A stretch of 52,597 bases of DNA from Spirogloea muscicola (taxonomy: Eukaryota), in NCBI GenBank assembly GCA_009602725.1, contig WELB01000027.1:59683-112279 (forward strand), written 5' to 3'. Position 1 is the stretch's first letter. Each line of letters begins with the position of its first letter. Position numbers and translations under genes: made by a program. Positions 13,979 through 24,699 of the stretch are shown here, in pieces. The notes beneath the pieces are model-generated. The model was not told the DNA's origin. It saw only the letters and a program-made list of their open reading frames with translations, and did no database searches.

Positions 13979-16900
13979 GGCGGCGGTGGCCGCGGCGCCG
14001 CCAAGCGGCCTCGCGTCGTCGGGAGGCGCTAGCGACACGTCGGGCAGCGCGAGCACAGCGGCGGTGCGCCCGGCGGGCTCGGACGTGAGCTCGTGCGCCA
14101 GCAGCAACGGCGCGGACGTGGCGCGGCGCGACGCCTCCTGGGCGCACGTCGCGGAGCTCGAGGAGGAGCTGCAGGAGCTCCGCCGACGCCTCCAGAAGAC
14201 GGAGGACGACGGCAGCGAGGTACCATTGCCGCGGTCATGGCCGCCGCTGCCGCCGCCACTTCTATCGCTAGCGCAGCTTGGTAACGAATCTGTTCTGGGT
14301 ACAGAAGGTCACAGGTTCGAATCCTGTCGCCGCTCCGTTGTGGCAACGCTGCTGTTTTTCGCCTCGCCAGGGCGACGCTTCACCGCCCTCTAGTCATTCT
14401 GATCTGCACTTGCTGACTAGAGGTTATCGAGCACCTTCTGCTGACGTCCTGGAGAATGGTATCCTGCTTTCTGCACCATCCGGCCCTCTTAGAACTTGTA
14501 CATTCGGTGGGCTGGCCTCTCACAGCCATCGTTGTCGATTGGATTCTGATGAGATGATGAGCTCGAGATGGAAGTGCAGGTACAACCGGTGCACCTGGCG
14601 GTGAAGGAAGACGCATTCGAGGACGACCAGCTGCCAGGAGGCACCGAAGCTGATGGGAACGACGCAGAGAAAATTGCCAACGCCGGGAAAGGGACCGTAC
14701 ACGACGGCGGCGGCAGAGGCGTCAGGGCGGATGGCGAGGCCAGAGTCGCCGTCCGGGACCAGCGGCGGCGGCGGCGCAGCTGGTCGTCCGAGGGCCACGA
14801 GACGTCGTTCTACGGCTGGCTGCACGAGGACGGCGAGGAGGACGAGTCGCCAATCAGGTGAGAACGCTGCCGCACGCTCGTTTGCTGCCGCCGCTGCGGC
14901 GCTGGCGCAGCAGCAGGTGCTTCTAACTCGATCCTTCTACTGCCGCGCGGCTCTGCAGCAAGTCCATGGCGGTCGATAAGCCCGGCACTGGAGCGATGTC
15001 CCAGGACCTTGTTCGCGGGCCCGGAGATGACAATGTCGTTGCTCCCGCCGCCCCACTTGCCGACGATGTCGACAATGCTGAGGCCCCCGATGCTGCTGGG
15101 CATCACCTCAATCTGAGCCTGGACGCTTCTATGGAGGACATCCCGTTGGCTGCCGACCAGCAGCAAGGTGCTACCGAAGCCAGCGCGGCAGTGGAGGAGG
15201 AGGAGGAGGGCGGCGAGCCTATGCTGGTCCTGGAGACGGCAGAGCTTCGGCGCTCCTGGGCATCGCCAAGCCGCGACTGGCTCACCAGTGTCGAACATGC
15301 AGGACCAGGGACGGCGGCTGACACTGACGAGGCTGGCGCAGTCGATGAGCTGCGCCCCGAAGCTGCCATTAATGCTGCTGATGTTCCTGAGGAGTCGGCA
15401 GCTGCGGACGGCGATGATGGCCAGAACAAGACATTGCAGGTGGAGCCGACCAAGTCTGAGGCGGCTGTCGGCAGTGGCAGCAGCAGTGGCAGTGGAGGCA
15501 GCAGTGCCAAGGGCGCCCCAGCGGCAGCAACGCCGCACTTGATGCTGGTGCCGCTCTGGGACCTGGATGACGACTATGACGCCATGGTGGCCATGGGCGA
15601 TGCCGAGCACGGCGGCAATGGCCGCGCGAGTGGGCAGGCCCTCGCAGTCGACTCCTTGCCAGAAGCGGACATGCCATTGTCGACGCCCCCAACAAGCCCG
15701 CGGCAGAAGCTCGGCGCGTGGCTCAGCAGCCTCAAGCGCAACGCACCGTTTGGTCGAGGGCCGCCGCCGTCGCCGCCGACGGCCCAGCTCCTCGGCCCCG
15801 AGTCAGAGGACAACACAAGCGATGGGGCACACCAGCCTGGTCCTGCTGACGCGCAGCCGGCAGAGGCTCCACAGGCATCCACCACGCTTACTTCCAGTAC
15901 CGAGGCCCCGGAGCGGCCGCTGCCGCGGCGGCTCCCCCAGCGGCTGGCCTTCCTGAGGAGCGCTGCTCGGCGGGACAGCGGCAGGTCTCCTGCCGGCATA
16001 CTCGGCGGTGGCGGTAATACAGTGGCTGCGAGTGCAGGTGAGAAGTTGGTGCAGGCTGGGGACGGCGACCTGGCGCAGAGCAAGGGCGCGAGCTTGGCTG
16101 TGAGCACCATGGACGCCGGAGCCGTATTTGGGGAGGGGCTGAGATCAGCAGCAGCGGCTGGTGCGGCCATGGCTGGCAACAACAAGGAGAATGAGCAGGC
16201 TGAGGAGGAGGAGGAGCGGCCGGTAACGCCCCCACGGCCGCCCTCGCCGGCACAGCAGCCGTTCCGGCAGGCCGCCAGCGTGCCGCCGTCAGAGGACAAC
16301 ATTGTGATGGCCTCAGTGGCGCTGCCGCCGCCGCTGTCGGGACTCTTCTCGGTGAGGGATGCAGATTCTGGCGATGCTCGGAAGGTGGGCGTGTTTGACG
16401 ACGCTGGCGGCGGCGGCGACTTCAAGGCTCTCCGACGCTCCGTATCGCTGCCCCGACGGAGCAGTCCGTTCATGGGCAGCGACAACGACGACGGTGGGCG
16501 CAGGTCATCTACGGCGGCGCCAGCCGATGCCCTGCCGCTAGCGCACCAGCATTCCCTCCCGCGAGCGCGTCTCGAGGCCTGGGAATCCACACGGCGCCTC
16601 CGCAGCAGCGAATCCCCGTCACGGCCTGCGCACGCGCCTGCACGCCATGAGTCCCCAACGCACGCCGCCATGCTTGCATCAGTCGGCCGCAGCAATTTGC
16701 CAACTGCGGCGGCAGTGGTAGCCACTGACCGCAGTTCGTCGCCTGGCGGCGAGCGCGTGCTGCGGCTGCGGTTGCGGGCCGCCAGCGACGGCTCGATCCT
16801 CAATCTGCCGCCGTGGGGCAGCCCGCTGGCGCGCTCCCAATCCGTGCAGCGCTCACCGCCGCCCCGCTCGCGATCCCTGGTGGCGTTGAAGCCAACAGCA

Positions 16901-17637
16901 GCACTCAGAATTTCAGCAGCAGCCGACGACAATGGTCTCATCCAAAACCTTAGGCAGAGCTCCTCCCTCCCACGAACATGGCGGAGCCCCAGCGCTGGGC
17001 GAGCGAGCGACCGGGAGCAGTCGCTGCTCGTGCATGCGGCCGCCGCCCACTGGCTGCCGCCCCACGTTGGTGGCAGCGATGCAGCCATTGGCAGTCCTTC
17101 ACAACAAGCGTTGCGTGCGCCGTCGCCTCCTGGCATCCCCAACTCCACCAATAAGTACAGTGAGGTTTGTTACAACCACTGCCTTCACTCTGCAGTCCCC
17201 CATCATTTTGCCAGGTCATTGTGCCAGCTAATTGCCTGAATTTGCGCACCGATGCTAGCTTTATACGCCATGCTGCAGGACCAGACAGTCAGATGGCACC
17301 ACACGCCATTTGAGGAGCGTGTTGAGCGCGCCGTCTCACGCCAGGAGGAGGCGCACTCTCGGCGGTGAGCCTTAATTAACTATTGATTTGTACTTCCACT
17401 GTGGCAAAGAGAGGAGGAAGTGCTATCAGCCACATGCCTGATGACCTACTTCCTGCTCTCTGCATTGGCAGGCAGCTCTTCAAGGAGTCCAGGCTGGCTC
17501 TGAAGGCGTCCGAGCATGATGACTTGCCCAAACGGACATATCTTGTAACCGGCCGTCTGTCGCTGCCAAGCATGCGGGAGGCAAAGGTGGTGGCAGAGAA
17601 CAGAACTATTGAGTTTGCAGAGCCATCAGGAAGGTAA
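13979..17637 (+). CDS. large low-complexity protein with a C-terminal JASON-type motif; 5' end in the gap
   Basis: Exons about 13979-14219, 14580-14857, 14959-17164, 17279-17364, probably 17472-17637; alternatively it stops at 17368. Splicing gives PPGIPNSTNKYSE|DQTVRWHHTPFEERVERAVS, matching the recalled C-terminal motif of plant JASON proteins (GIPNSTxKYxEDQxVxWHxTPFEERLEKAL). Confidence 0.75.
14262..14334 (+). tRNA. trnP: tRNA-Pro(UGG) pseudogene of organellar/bacterial type, inside an intron
   Basis: TAGCGCAGCTTGGTA D-arm; anticodon arm TCTGT-TCTGGGT-ACAGA with TGG at 14296-14298; T-arm ACAGG-TTCGAAT-CCTGT. The acceptor stem does not pair and position 33 is C, so it is not a functional tRNA. 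Confidence 0.8.
14340..14535 (+). mobile_element. 3' end of the RLE retrotransposon directly behind the tRNA-like head
   Basis: Translates RQGDASPPSSHSDLHLLTRGY (compare FRQGDSFPAASLSDLRLLTRNY at 38386-38460), then a UTR ending GGGCTGGCCTCTCACAGCCATCG. Confidence 0.8.
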
Positions 17638-19339
17638 AGCCCTCACGTGTGCTCAATACTCTGCTTGCGACCTGAGCTGGGCCTGACGCTGGACCGCTGC
17701 CCCTAATCGGGCAAGATGGGTTGCAATAAATGAACACATTGTAGAGGGTTGCCCGTCATTTGACAATACTTGCATTGCCTTGTTCTCGACATGCAGATCC
17801 TCATGACAGTCTGGGCGGCTCTCCATGGCGTGCTACTCTGGGTGGTCAGTGTCTGACTGATCTGCCATGGTGTTACAAGCCTGTAGCCTCATCAAGCTGT
17901 CTCGTACTGGCAAGTTGCACCTAGAGAGGTGCAGTTAGTGAGCGTACTGCATGCAGGGTAGGTGTAGGTAGTGTGCCAGATCGACTTGCAGGATGACATA
18001 AGTTGATAACTGGCAAGCACTTTAAATATAGAGGACATTTTTCATTAGATGTGTAGTAGTACTGGGGATGAATTGCGGGAGATTTGTAAAATTTTAGTGA
18101 CGAAGCACACTGAAGAGGCGCTGATGAGCCCACAATGTCAAGAGCCGCCATTGGCCCTCAGCAAAGTAGAACAGTCTTGTGGTAAGGCTGCCCAGAATGA
18201 CGAACACAGCCAAGAGTGCCAGTCAAGCTGCCAAATATGGCTGCAACAGGATTTGTATTATGTTGATGAAATATTTGTACGATTGAGAATGCATGAGGCA
18301 TTCATTATCTGCTGGCACCACCATTCAACACAAGCTGGTGCCAGCCATGCTTAGTGGTAGTGGCCATAACGATCTGCTGTGCAATACAGATGGAGTATGT
18401 GGCGCCTATCTGCCTGGAGCCCACAGCACAGAAGCTGAACAGATTGGTGATAATCGTTGGTCAAACTTGTGTGCACGTCCCCTCTTCAAGCAACCGCAAG
18501 ACTGAAGGCAAAGTTGTTAGCGAGGTTCATTAATCTAGGGGCAAGACCAGTCAAAGATTGTGTGACAACATTCGTCCTGCAAAGCTAACATGGCCCTTGC
18601 CCAGTTGCCTCCAAACAGTGCATTGCAAGGCTTCAGCTCTGTTCGTTGTGCCTACTTTGCAGAATCGTCAGGGCTTGTATCAAATCTGGCTTGGACGCTA
18701 ATAAGCTGCGCAAGTCCAAGAAGCACGTTATTACTCATCATGACCTTGACTGTGGCAGAATGTTCCTTGCAAGGAGGGTTGCTAAACACAAGTAAATGCA
18801 AGGTGGCAAAGCTATTGATTGCCACTTTGTGCTTACTTTGGTATGTTTGCAGTTGAAGGAGGAGGTACTCGGCCTTTGCTAAGAAATCTGCGCTTGCAAT
18901 GCTGCCAGACTCAAGGTGTGCTGCAACGTATCTATTTGCCTGGCTGTCTGCTGGGCTCATCCGTATCCAGCATGCAGCAGCAAACCCACTTTTCGCAGCC
19001 CTCGTCCCCCTTAACACACACCCCATTTCTTCGGAAGCACTTTCTGATTGGAGTCACTTCCACCAGTAGCTTGAGGTGGCAGCGAAGGCACGGCCAGCTT
19101 GCAGATACAAGGCATAAGCCAGGGAACAAGGGCAGGGGGAGAAAAGGCGTGCCGTGCGCATGGCCAGATCAAGCCAGCACACTGGTCAGGCAAAAGAGTG
19201 CAAGAATGGGGCCACACAAGGCGAAGCCCTATGCTAAGGCGGCCTAAGGTAACGGTGCAGGGAAGAACATGGTGTTCGTATAATTTGCGCCTTCCAGCCT
19301 TTCAGACCTTGTCCAATACTTTCGGGAAAGGGCTATTCC

Positions 19340-19800
19340 AATTTAAGGCAATGGCTGTGAGAGGCCAGCCCAAACGAAGTGTACAAGGTCTGAATGCGGC
19401 TGTTGATAACAAACGAGCGGCTGTAAGAGGCCAGCCAGAAGCGTACAGGTGTTCATGACGGAGCCACCAGGCTAGGCAGACAGGGCGCTTTTAGTAACCC
19501 CGTGTCAGCAGTAGGAAGTCAGATGAGCTGAGGGGAGGAGGAGCAACCCCGCTGCGCAAGCCAGGAAGCTGCTGCAAGGGCGCAACCGGTGCGGCGGTGC
19601 AAAGCAAGCAATTGGGAGCGCTGGGGGGACATAGATAACCGCATGCGGTAGCAGGACACAAGATCCGAAGGCACCGAGCCTCCAGGGTGGTCCTTGTCTG
19701 AAAGGGCCAGAAGGCATGAAACTACTCTTTATGACTTATGATTCTTTTCGGGCTGGCTTTTCACAGCCCTTGCCCCCATTGGGAGTGCCACTTCTTCATG
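19340..19800. mobile_element. cluster of short retroelement 3'-end fragments
   Basis: Two minus-strand tails (ATGGCTGTGAGAGGCCAGCCC at 19351; GGCTGTAAGAGGCCAGCC at 19419), minus ORF end SSDFLLLTRGY* at ~19491-19530, plus tail GGGCTGGCTTTTCACAGCCCTTGCCCCCATTGGGAGTGCCACTTCTTC at 19750-19797. Confidence 0.75.
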
Positions 19801-20007
19801 ACTCCTGCGAGTGAGGGCGCTCAATAATCGTCAGTCAGCGGCGTTGGCATCCGCCCGTCGTCAGGACACCGCTCGACGCGCAAGCCTGTGCAAGTGTAGC
19901 CACCAAGCCCCAAAACGCTGTTGAACATAGAAATGTGGTAAATCAGTGGGTCGGTAGAATCATCCATTCCGCCCGTTCTGCTAGGCCGATGAGAGTCTTC
20001 CTAGATA

Positions 20008-21190
20008 AGGGAGAAGGGCTCGCCCATTGAGGATAGGGGCTGGAAAAGCCAGCCCAAAAAACAATGAACAAAGTACGAGAAGGGGGGCCAGAGGAAGCGC
20101 TAAGAAAGCAAAGCACACAAAGAAAGAAAGCAGCTGCAAGTCATTCAGTAACCCCTGCTAAGCAGCCGCAAATCAGAGAGGCTAGGGTCCTGAAAGTGAG
20201 TCCCCTGGCCAGAGCCAGAGGCAGCAGCAAGAGCCCGGCCGGCACGAGGGTGCAGATAAGGGAGGCCCCGGCAAATAGCATTATTGGCCCGAACGATTTT
20301 GTGGCTCTAGATGCGGCTAGGCGACGCTATGTGCGCGGCGGCTGTGTGCGCGGGGTTGCTTAGCAGGGGTTACTGAGTAGTTAGTAGCTGCTTTGTTTCT
20401 TCTTGTGTGCTTCTTTCTTAGTGCTTCGCCTTAGTGCTTCGCCTGGCCCCCTTCTTCTTGGGCTTCTTGTACTCTGCTCATTCCTTTTTGGGCTGGCTTT
20501 TCCAGCCCCTATCCTCAATTGGCGAGCTCTTTCTTCTCGCGCGGCGAGGCGGCACTGTGTACACGGCGGCTCTGTGTGCGGCGAGGCGGCACTGTGTGCG
20601 CGACGAAATAAAGACGCTTCCATGAGAGGGCGGTGGCTGGCAATTTTGGCTGGGAGAGAGAAGTGGCTTTCCCAATGGGGGCAAGGGCTGCGAGAAGCCA
20701 GACCCAAAATTGGAGTGAACAAAGGTCGGAGGGCCAAAGGGAAATCGCAAAAGCTAGCCCATATGGGATGAAACAGCTACGAAACACTAAGTAACCGCTG
20801 CTAAGCAGCCGCATGTCGGAGAAACTGGGCTCCTGGAAGCGGTCCCCATGCCAGGGCTAGACGTCGCAGCGAGGGCACGACCGGCACGCAGATGCAGCGC
20901 GCAAGCCATGGACCTCTGCAGCAGGCAGAAGGGCAGAAGGGCTTCGTATTTGCCATCTAGTATTCAGGCATCGATTAGCGACCTTCATGTAATGACCCGT
21001 TGTTACTGAGCGGGTCAATCTGCTGTAGGTGATGTACGTCTCTAGATGCGCTTGCCTTCGTACTTGGCCATTTGGCCTTTGTTTGTTTCAAAATACACGA
21101 AAACTTTTCTGCAGCGAGACGGACAGGCGCATTCGATACACCTGCGCGAGCAAGCCTGCAGCATGGAAATCCACCGGCAACGATAGGTCC
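20008..21190. mobile_element. four or more truncated RLE retrotransposon copies: 20008-20256(-), 20355-20538(+), 20655-20922(-), 20995-21190 mixed
   Basis: 20355-20538 is nearly the reverse complement of 4195-4370. The others carry LQRSMA.ALHLRAGRALAA and LLSRGY/LLSSGY ends. Confidence 0.85.
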
Positions 21191-22119
21191 TTCTTTCGCA
21201 CGTGCAGGTCGTAGAGAGAGAAGAAAGACGCTTCCAGTAGAGGGCCCCGAGTACAGGAGTGTCAACATTGCGTCTGCCTTTCCCTTCTCTCGTTCAGAGC
21301 TTATATCAGCATATATATTTCACTTTGTGAAGGGAAGCATCGGAAACAACGGAGATTTGCTGGTATGGCAGGTTCTTCCATGCTTTCAGCAAAGGTAATA
21401 CAGCCTTCATGTGCCAGACTGTCTCCAGCCAGGCCTGTACCACTCATGTCCTACCTAGACCAAATCCAGAGCCCAATGGCACCAAGGAGTAAGAACTCAG
21501 CAACAAGCGTTAGCATTGCTAATCATGCACACATCCGCAATATGGAATGCAGGCATACAAAGTGATGCCCACAATACTTCTGTGACACCAAATTGTCTCT
21601 GCCTCCTGTTGCACTTTGATCTGCACGTTGTGGCAAACCATACCAATCTTAATAATGTGCAATATGCACTGCAAGGCAACGGCCAATGAGAACAGCTTGA
21701 GCATCTATGTCCATCCGGACACATTCCGGCTTTGCGATGTGTGTGGCAGTGGCCACCTCCAAGTCTCTCCCTCGTATTCGTCAAATATGGCAATAAGTGA
21801 TAGCTACCTGCTTCGCTCGGTTGAAAACCTGCGGGAAGTCTCAAGCATATAGTACAGACTTGCAATAGATGTGGTGGCGGGGTCTGTTATGTGTACAACG
21901 CTAACAGCACCACAAGCACCATCTCACTCACTACTAGTCCGAAGTCATTGAAGCTGAGAAAGGGGTGCAGAGTGCATCCTAGGAAGCAACAAATCGCTTC
22001 ATATGGAAAATCTGAAGGGAGCGTTGATCTGGCGGCAGTCTTTGGCATGACCGAGTCACAACATCATTTTGGACCTCCTTCACCTGAAGCTGGTCATAAA
22101 AAGTGCTGTGCGACCTAGC

Positions 22120-22800
22120 ATTCTGCGTCGCTCTTCCCTTACTTTAGTGGGTTATGACCGTGGTGTCAGGTTGTTAAGCCGCAGCCGCAACTAGGCGGTT
22201 GGCATCTATGCAAGTCCGAGTCATCTGACTCTGATTATAGGAGTATCCATCCCGTCCTCTAGAACGTCTAAAAAGGGCAAATGCAGCTGAAACCACATAA
22301 ATTGCTGCTGCCCTTGAACAATAGCCACAACTTCGTGATCTGCGTGTGGCCTCTTGCAAGTAGGCAGGCTGTTGAGCTGATCTTCATGCCTTTCCTGCGG
22401 CAAAGCTTTCCCTGAAAGTATTTGGTACTCATTCGAGATGCTACCAGCATTGTCAATCCTGAGTGTCCCACTCTTGAACAAGGAGAGCCACTAGCAAAAT
22501 TGTTTGGAGCAATAGCTTGCAGTCTTTCTTTGGTCCCTGCTCTTTCACAAGCATGACATCTTGGTGACAGAATAAAGCTGAAGTGGAAGCATGGTCCTTC
22601 TGTGGACCCTTTCCTTGCTCTTCAGAAGATGCGACACTGGTTAGAGACGTAGACAATAGTTGATTTTTGCAGCCCCATGAACGACTTTACGTCCCAGTAA
22701 AAGCAATTTAGCACCTTCTCTCTTGACAATGCTGCCCGGCTGCCCTTACTTCAGCAGACACATCTCAGCGTAGTGATGATCCTTCATGTCTGCCAAGTTA
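22120..22800 (-). pseudogene. possible heavily decayed DDE integrase relic
   Basis: Broken minus-strand frames give HHYAE...REKVLNCFYW...IVYVSNQCRIF*RARK and later GHSGLTMLVA and a PII..SDD-like stretch, loosely resembling an HHCC zinc finger plus rve core. Many stops and frameshifts. Confidence 0.3.
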
Positions 22801-23055
22801 TTACCAGGCGTAACCATGTGGCGACGTCTATCCCCTTAGGCCATGCAGCAAACTACGTTGATGGACTGCTTTGGATTCCTTGGCAAGAAAGTCAGTCCAC
22901 CACAAGACTTTGCGTGTAGATTATCGTGGCCCTCAGACTCATGCACAACGAGCATTGCGTCAAGGTGTCCTCCACGACGACAAGTGTCCTCTCCTGACCT
23001 AGTAATGCTGAGTCCAGATCTAGTGGACGGCATCAAGATTTCGCAAGACAACAAA

Positions 23056-23318
23056 CAAAGGGCTCGCCCATAGAGAAGAGCGGCTGGCAAACCAGCCCAA
23101 AAAGAATGGATAATAGCTCAGCCAAAGAAGAACTACACTACAGTCCATGCCCGTGGACTAGGACTCTATGGGCGAGCACTTCTCCCATGCGTGTGGACTA
23201 GGACTAAGACAGCAGCCAGAGGACGCTCAGTAACCTCTAGTCAGGAGATGCAAGTCGGAGGAGCTAGACGGAGAAAGACGTCGCCCTGACGGAAGCCGGA
23301 GACTGCCGCCAGAGCAGT
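23056..23318 (-). mobile_element. truncated RLE retrotransposon 3' end
   Basis: CTCAGTAACCTCTAGTCAGGAGATGCAAGTCGGAG encodes SDLHLLTRGY* on minus; terminal GGGCTCGCCCATAGAGAAGAGCGGCTGGCAAACCAGCCC at 23059-23098. Confidence 0.78.
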
Positions 23319-24699
23319 CTCAGATCCGAGCAAGGCAAATTCAGGTTAAAGCTCTAAGTAAGTCCTGTCCACATTCAGCGGGATGTCGATTCAGATGCGA
23401 GATCACACAGTCCATGGAAGCAAGTCGATCGGATCGGGTTAGAGCAGTTATTGGTCCAAAAATTTGAAGCGGTTCCATTTGGAGAGCCAGAAAAGTCCAC
23501 TATTTGATCGGGCCAGAGCCAGAGGACTTGACATAGAAAAGGACAAGTCCTTCTCTTTGATCAAAGACCGCAAAGATTCACTAGATGCAGCCAACCGATG
23601 CCCAAGGCAGTTTCATAGTTGCTCGAGTGGCACTGGGTCAAGTTTCATGAGCCCACCAGCTTCAAGACAACTTTGAGAAGATAGTAGTCAAAGCAAGTAC
23701 GAGCTTGCCTAGCAAGTGCTCCAGTATACGTACTGGTCGACGACATACTGTCGGGGTGAGGCTCTTTAGCGCCCGCTCTGCCTAGCGCCCACGTCCGTGC
23801 CTTCTTGGCGCTGCCTGCAATGTAAACAATGCCCGCCAGTAAGAAAATGGCTGCTGCCGTCCTGGTGATCTATATATCGTTGCATGGAAGATACCAGAAC
23901 GAGTGAATTGCTCGGTCTCGGCCCTCCACTCCCTCATGCTCGGTCACCAGAAATTTGTGCGTCAGTGCGGACCGTCTGCTTTATATCTCTATTTCTATAA
24001 ACATAGCTCACCCGGTTTTTCAAAGGCCTGTATGGCCTGGGACCATCGCTTCCATCATTCACCTACTAGCTATCCGCCACTGCCTAGCCGGCCCCCGCCA
24101 CAGCTCGTCAAGGTGGGTCACAACCTCGAAGCAAGCTAAAGAGCATTTGGCTATTAGTGTGCTTTTATTTTAGCGGCACGCACGGCAAGACGACTATGTG
24201 CACTGATGCCATTTGTGGCACGAGCAGATAGGATAGATTCCTTGAACAGCAATAAGCTGGAGGTGCCGTGCTCGCAAATTTCTTCACACCATACAGAAGT
24301 CCGCCTTCCCTGTCCACACATGCAGCAGCTCAACATCCCTGTCAGATCGACCCGGATGAGCGATCGATGGCACTTTGATCGACACCTTCTCCATGAGTAT
24401 TGGTTTGGCCTTTCAAAGCTTCTTGTTTTATAGCCATCGCCCTTCTTGAGAGACGATCATCTTACGAAGGGGGCCTATGGCTGTGATAATTTCGGCCAAA
24501 ATGCCTGGACACTGTCCAAATGGGCCGGAAACAAGTAGGCAGTGCGTATGAAAGAGGCTACTGTGAGGGTGCTGTATAAATGCCCCCATGGGAGTGCTGC
24601 TTCGTGTTTCGTGGAAGAAGCAGCTCTCCAGAGGGGGCGAGGGTTGTGGCCAGCCACTAAAGTATGAACAAATTTGACATCACACAGTAAACGGCTCTT

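Noticed and set aside
12919..14147. Long ORFs spanning N runs (also 28288-30508)
   Set aside because: Artefacts of translating through assembly gaps.
14262..14334. Functional intronic tRNA-Pro gene
   Set aside because: Acceptor stem cannot pair, the D-stem is mismatched and U33 is replaced by C; treated as a pseudogene or SINE-like head.
15574..17151. Long antisense ORFs opposite real exons (also 6871-7911, 4560-6038, 50963-52054)
   Set aside because: Expected shadow ORFs in GC-rich coding DNA; no recognisable motifs.
19975..20005. CTAGGCCGATGAGAGTCTTCCTAG as a hammerhead ribozyme
   Set aside because: Core is CCGATGAG rather than CTGATGA, and no GAAA with supporting stems could be placed.
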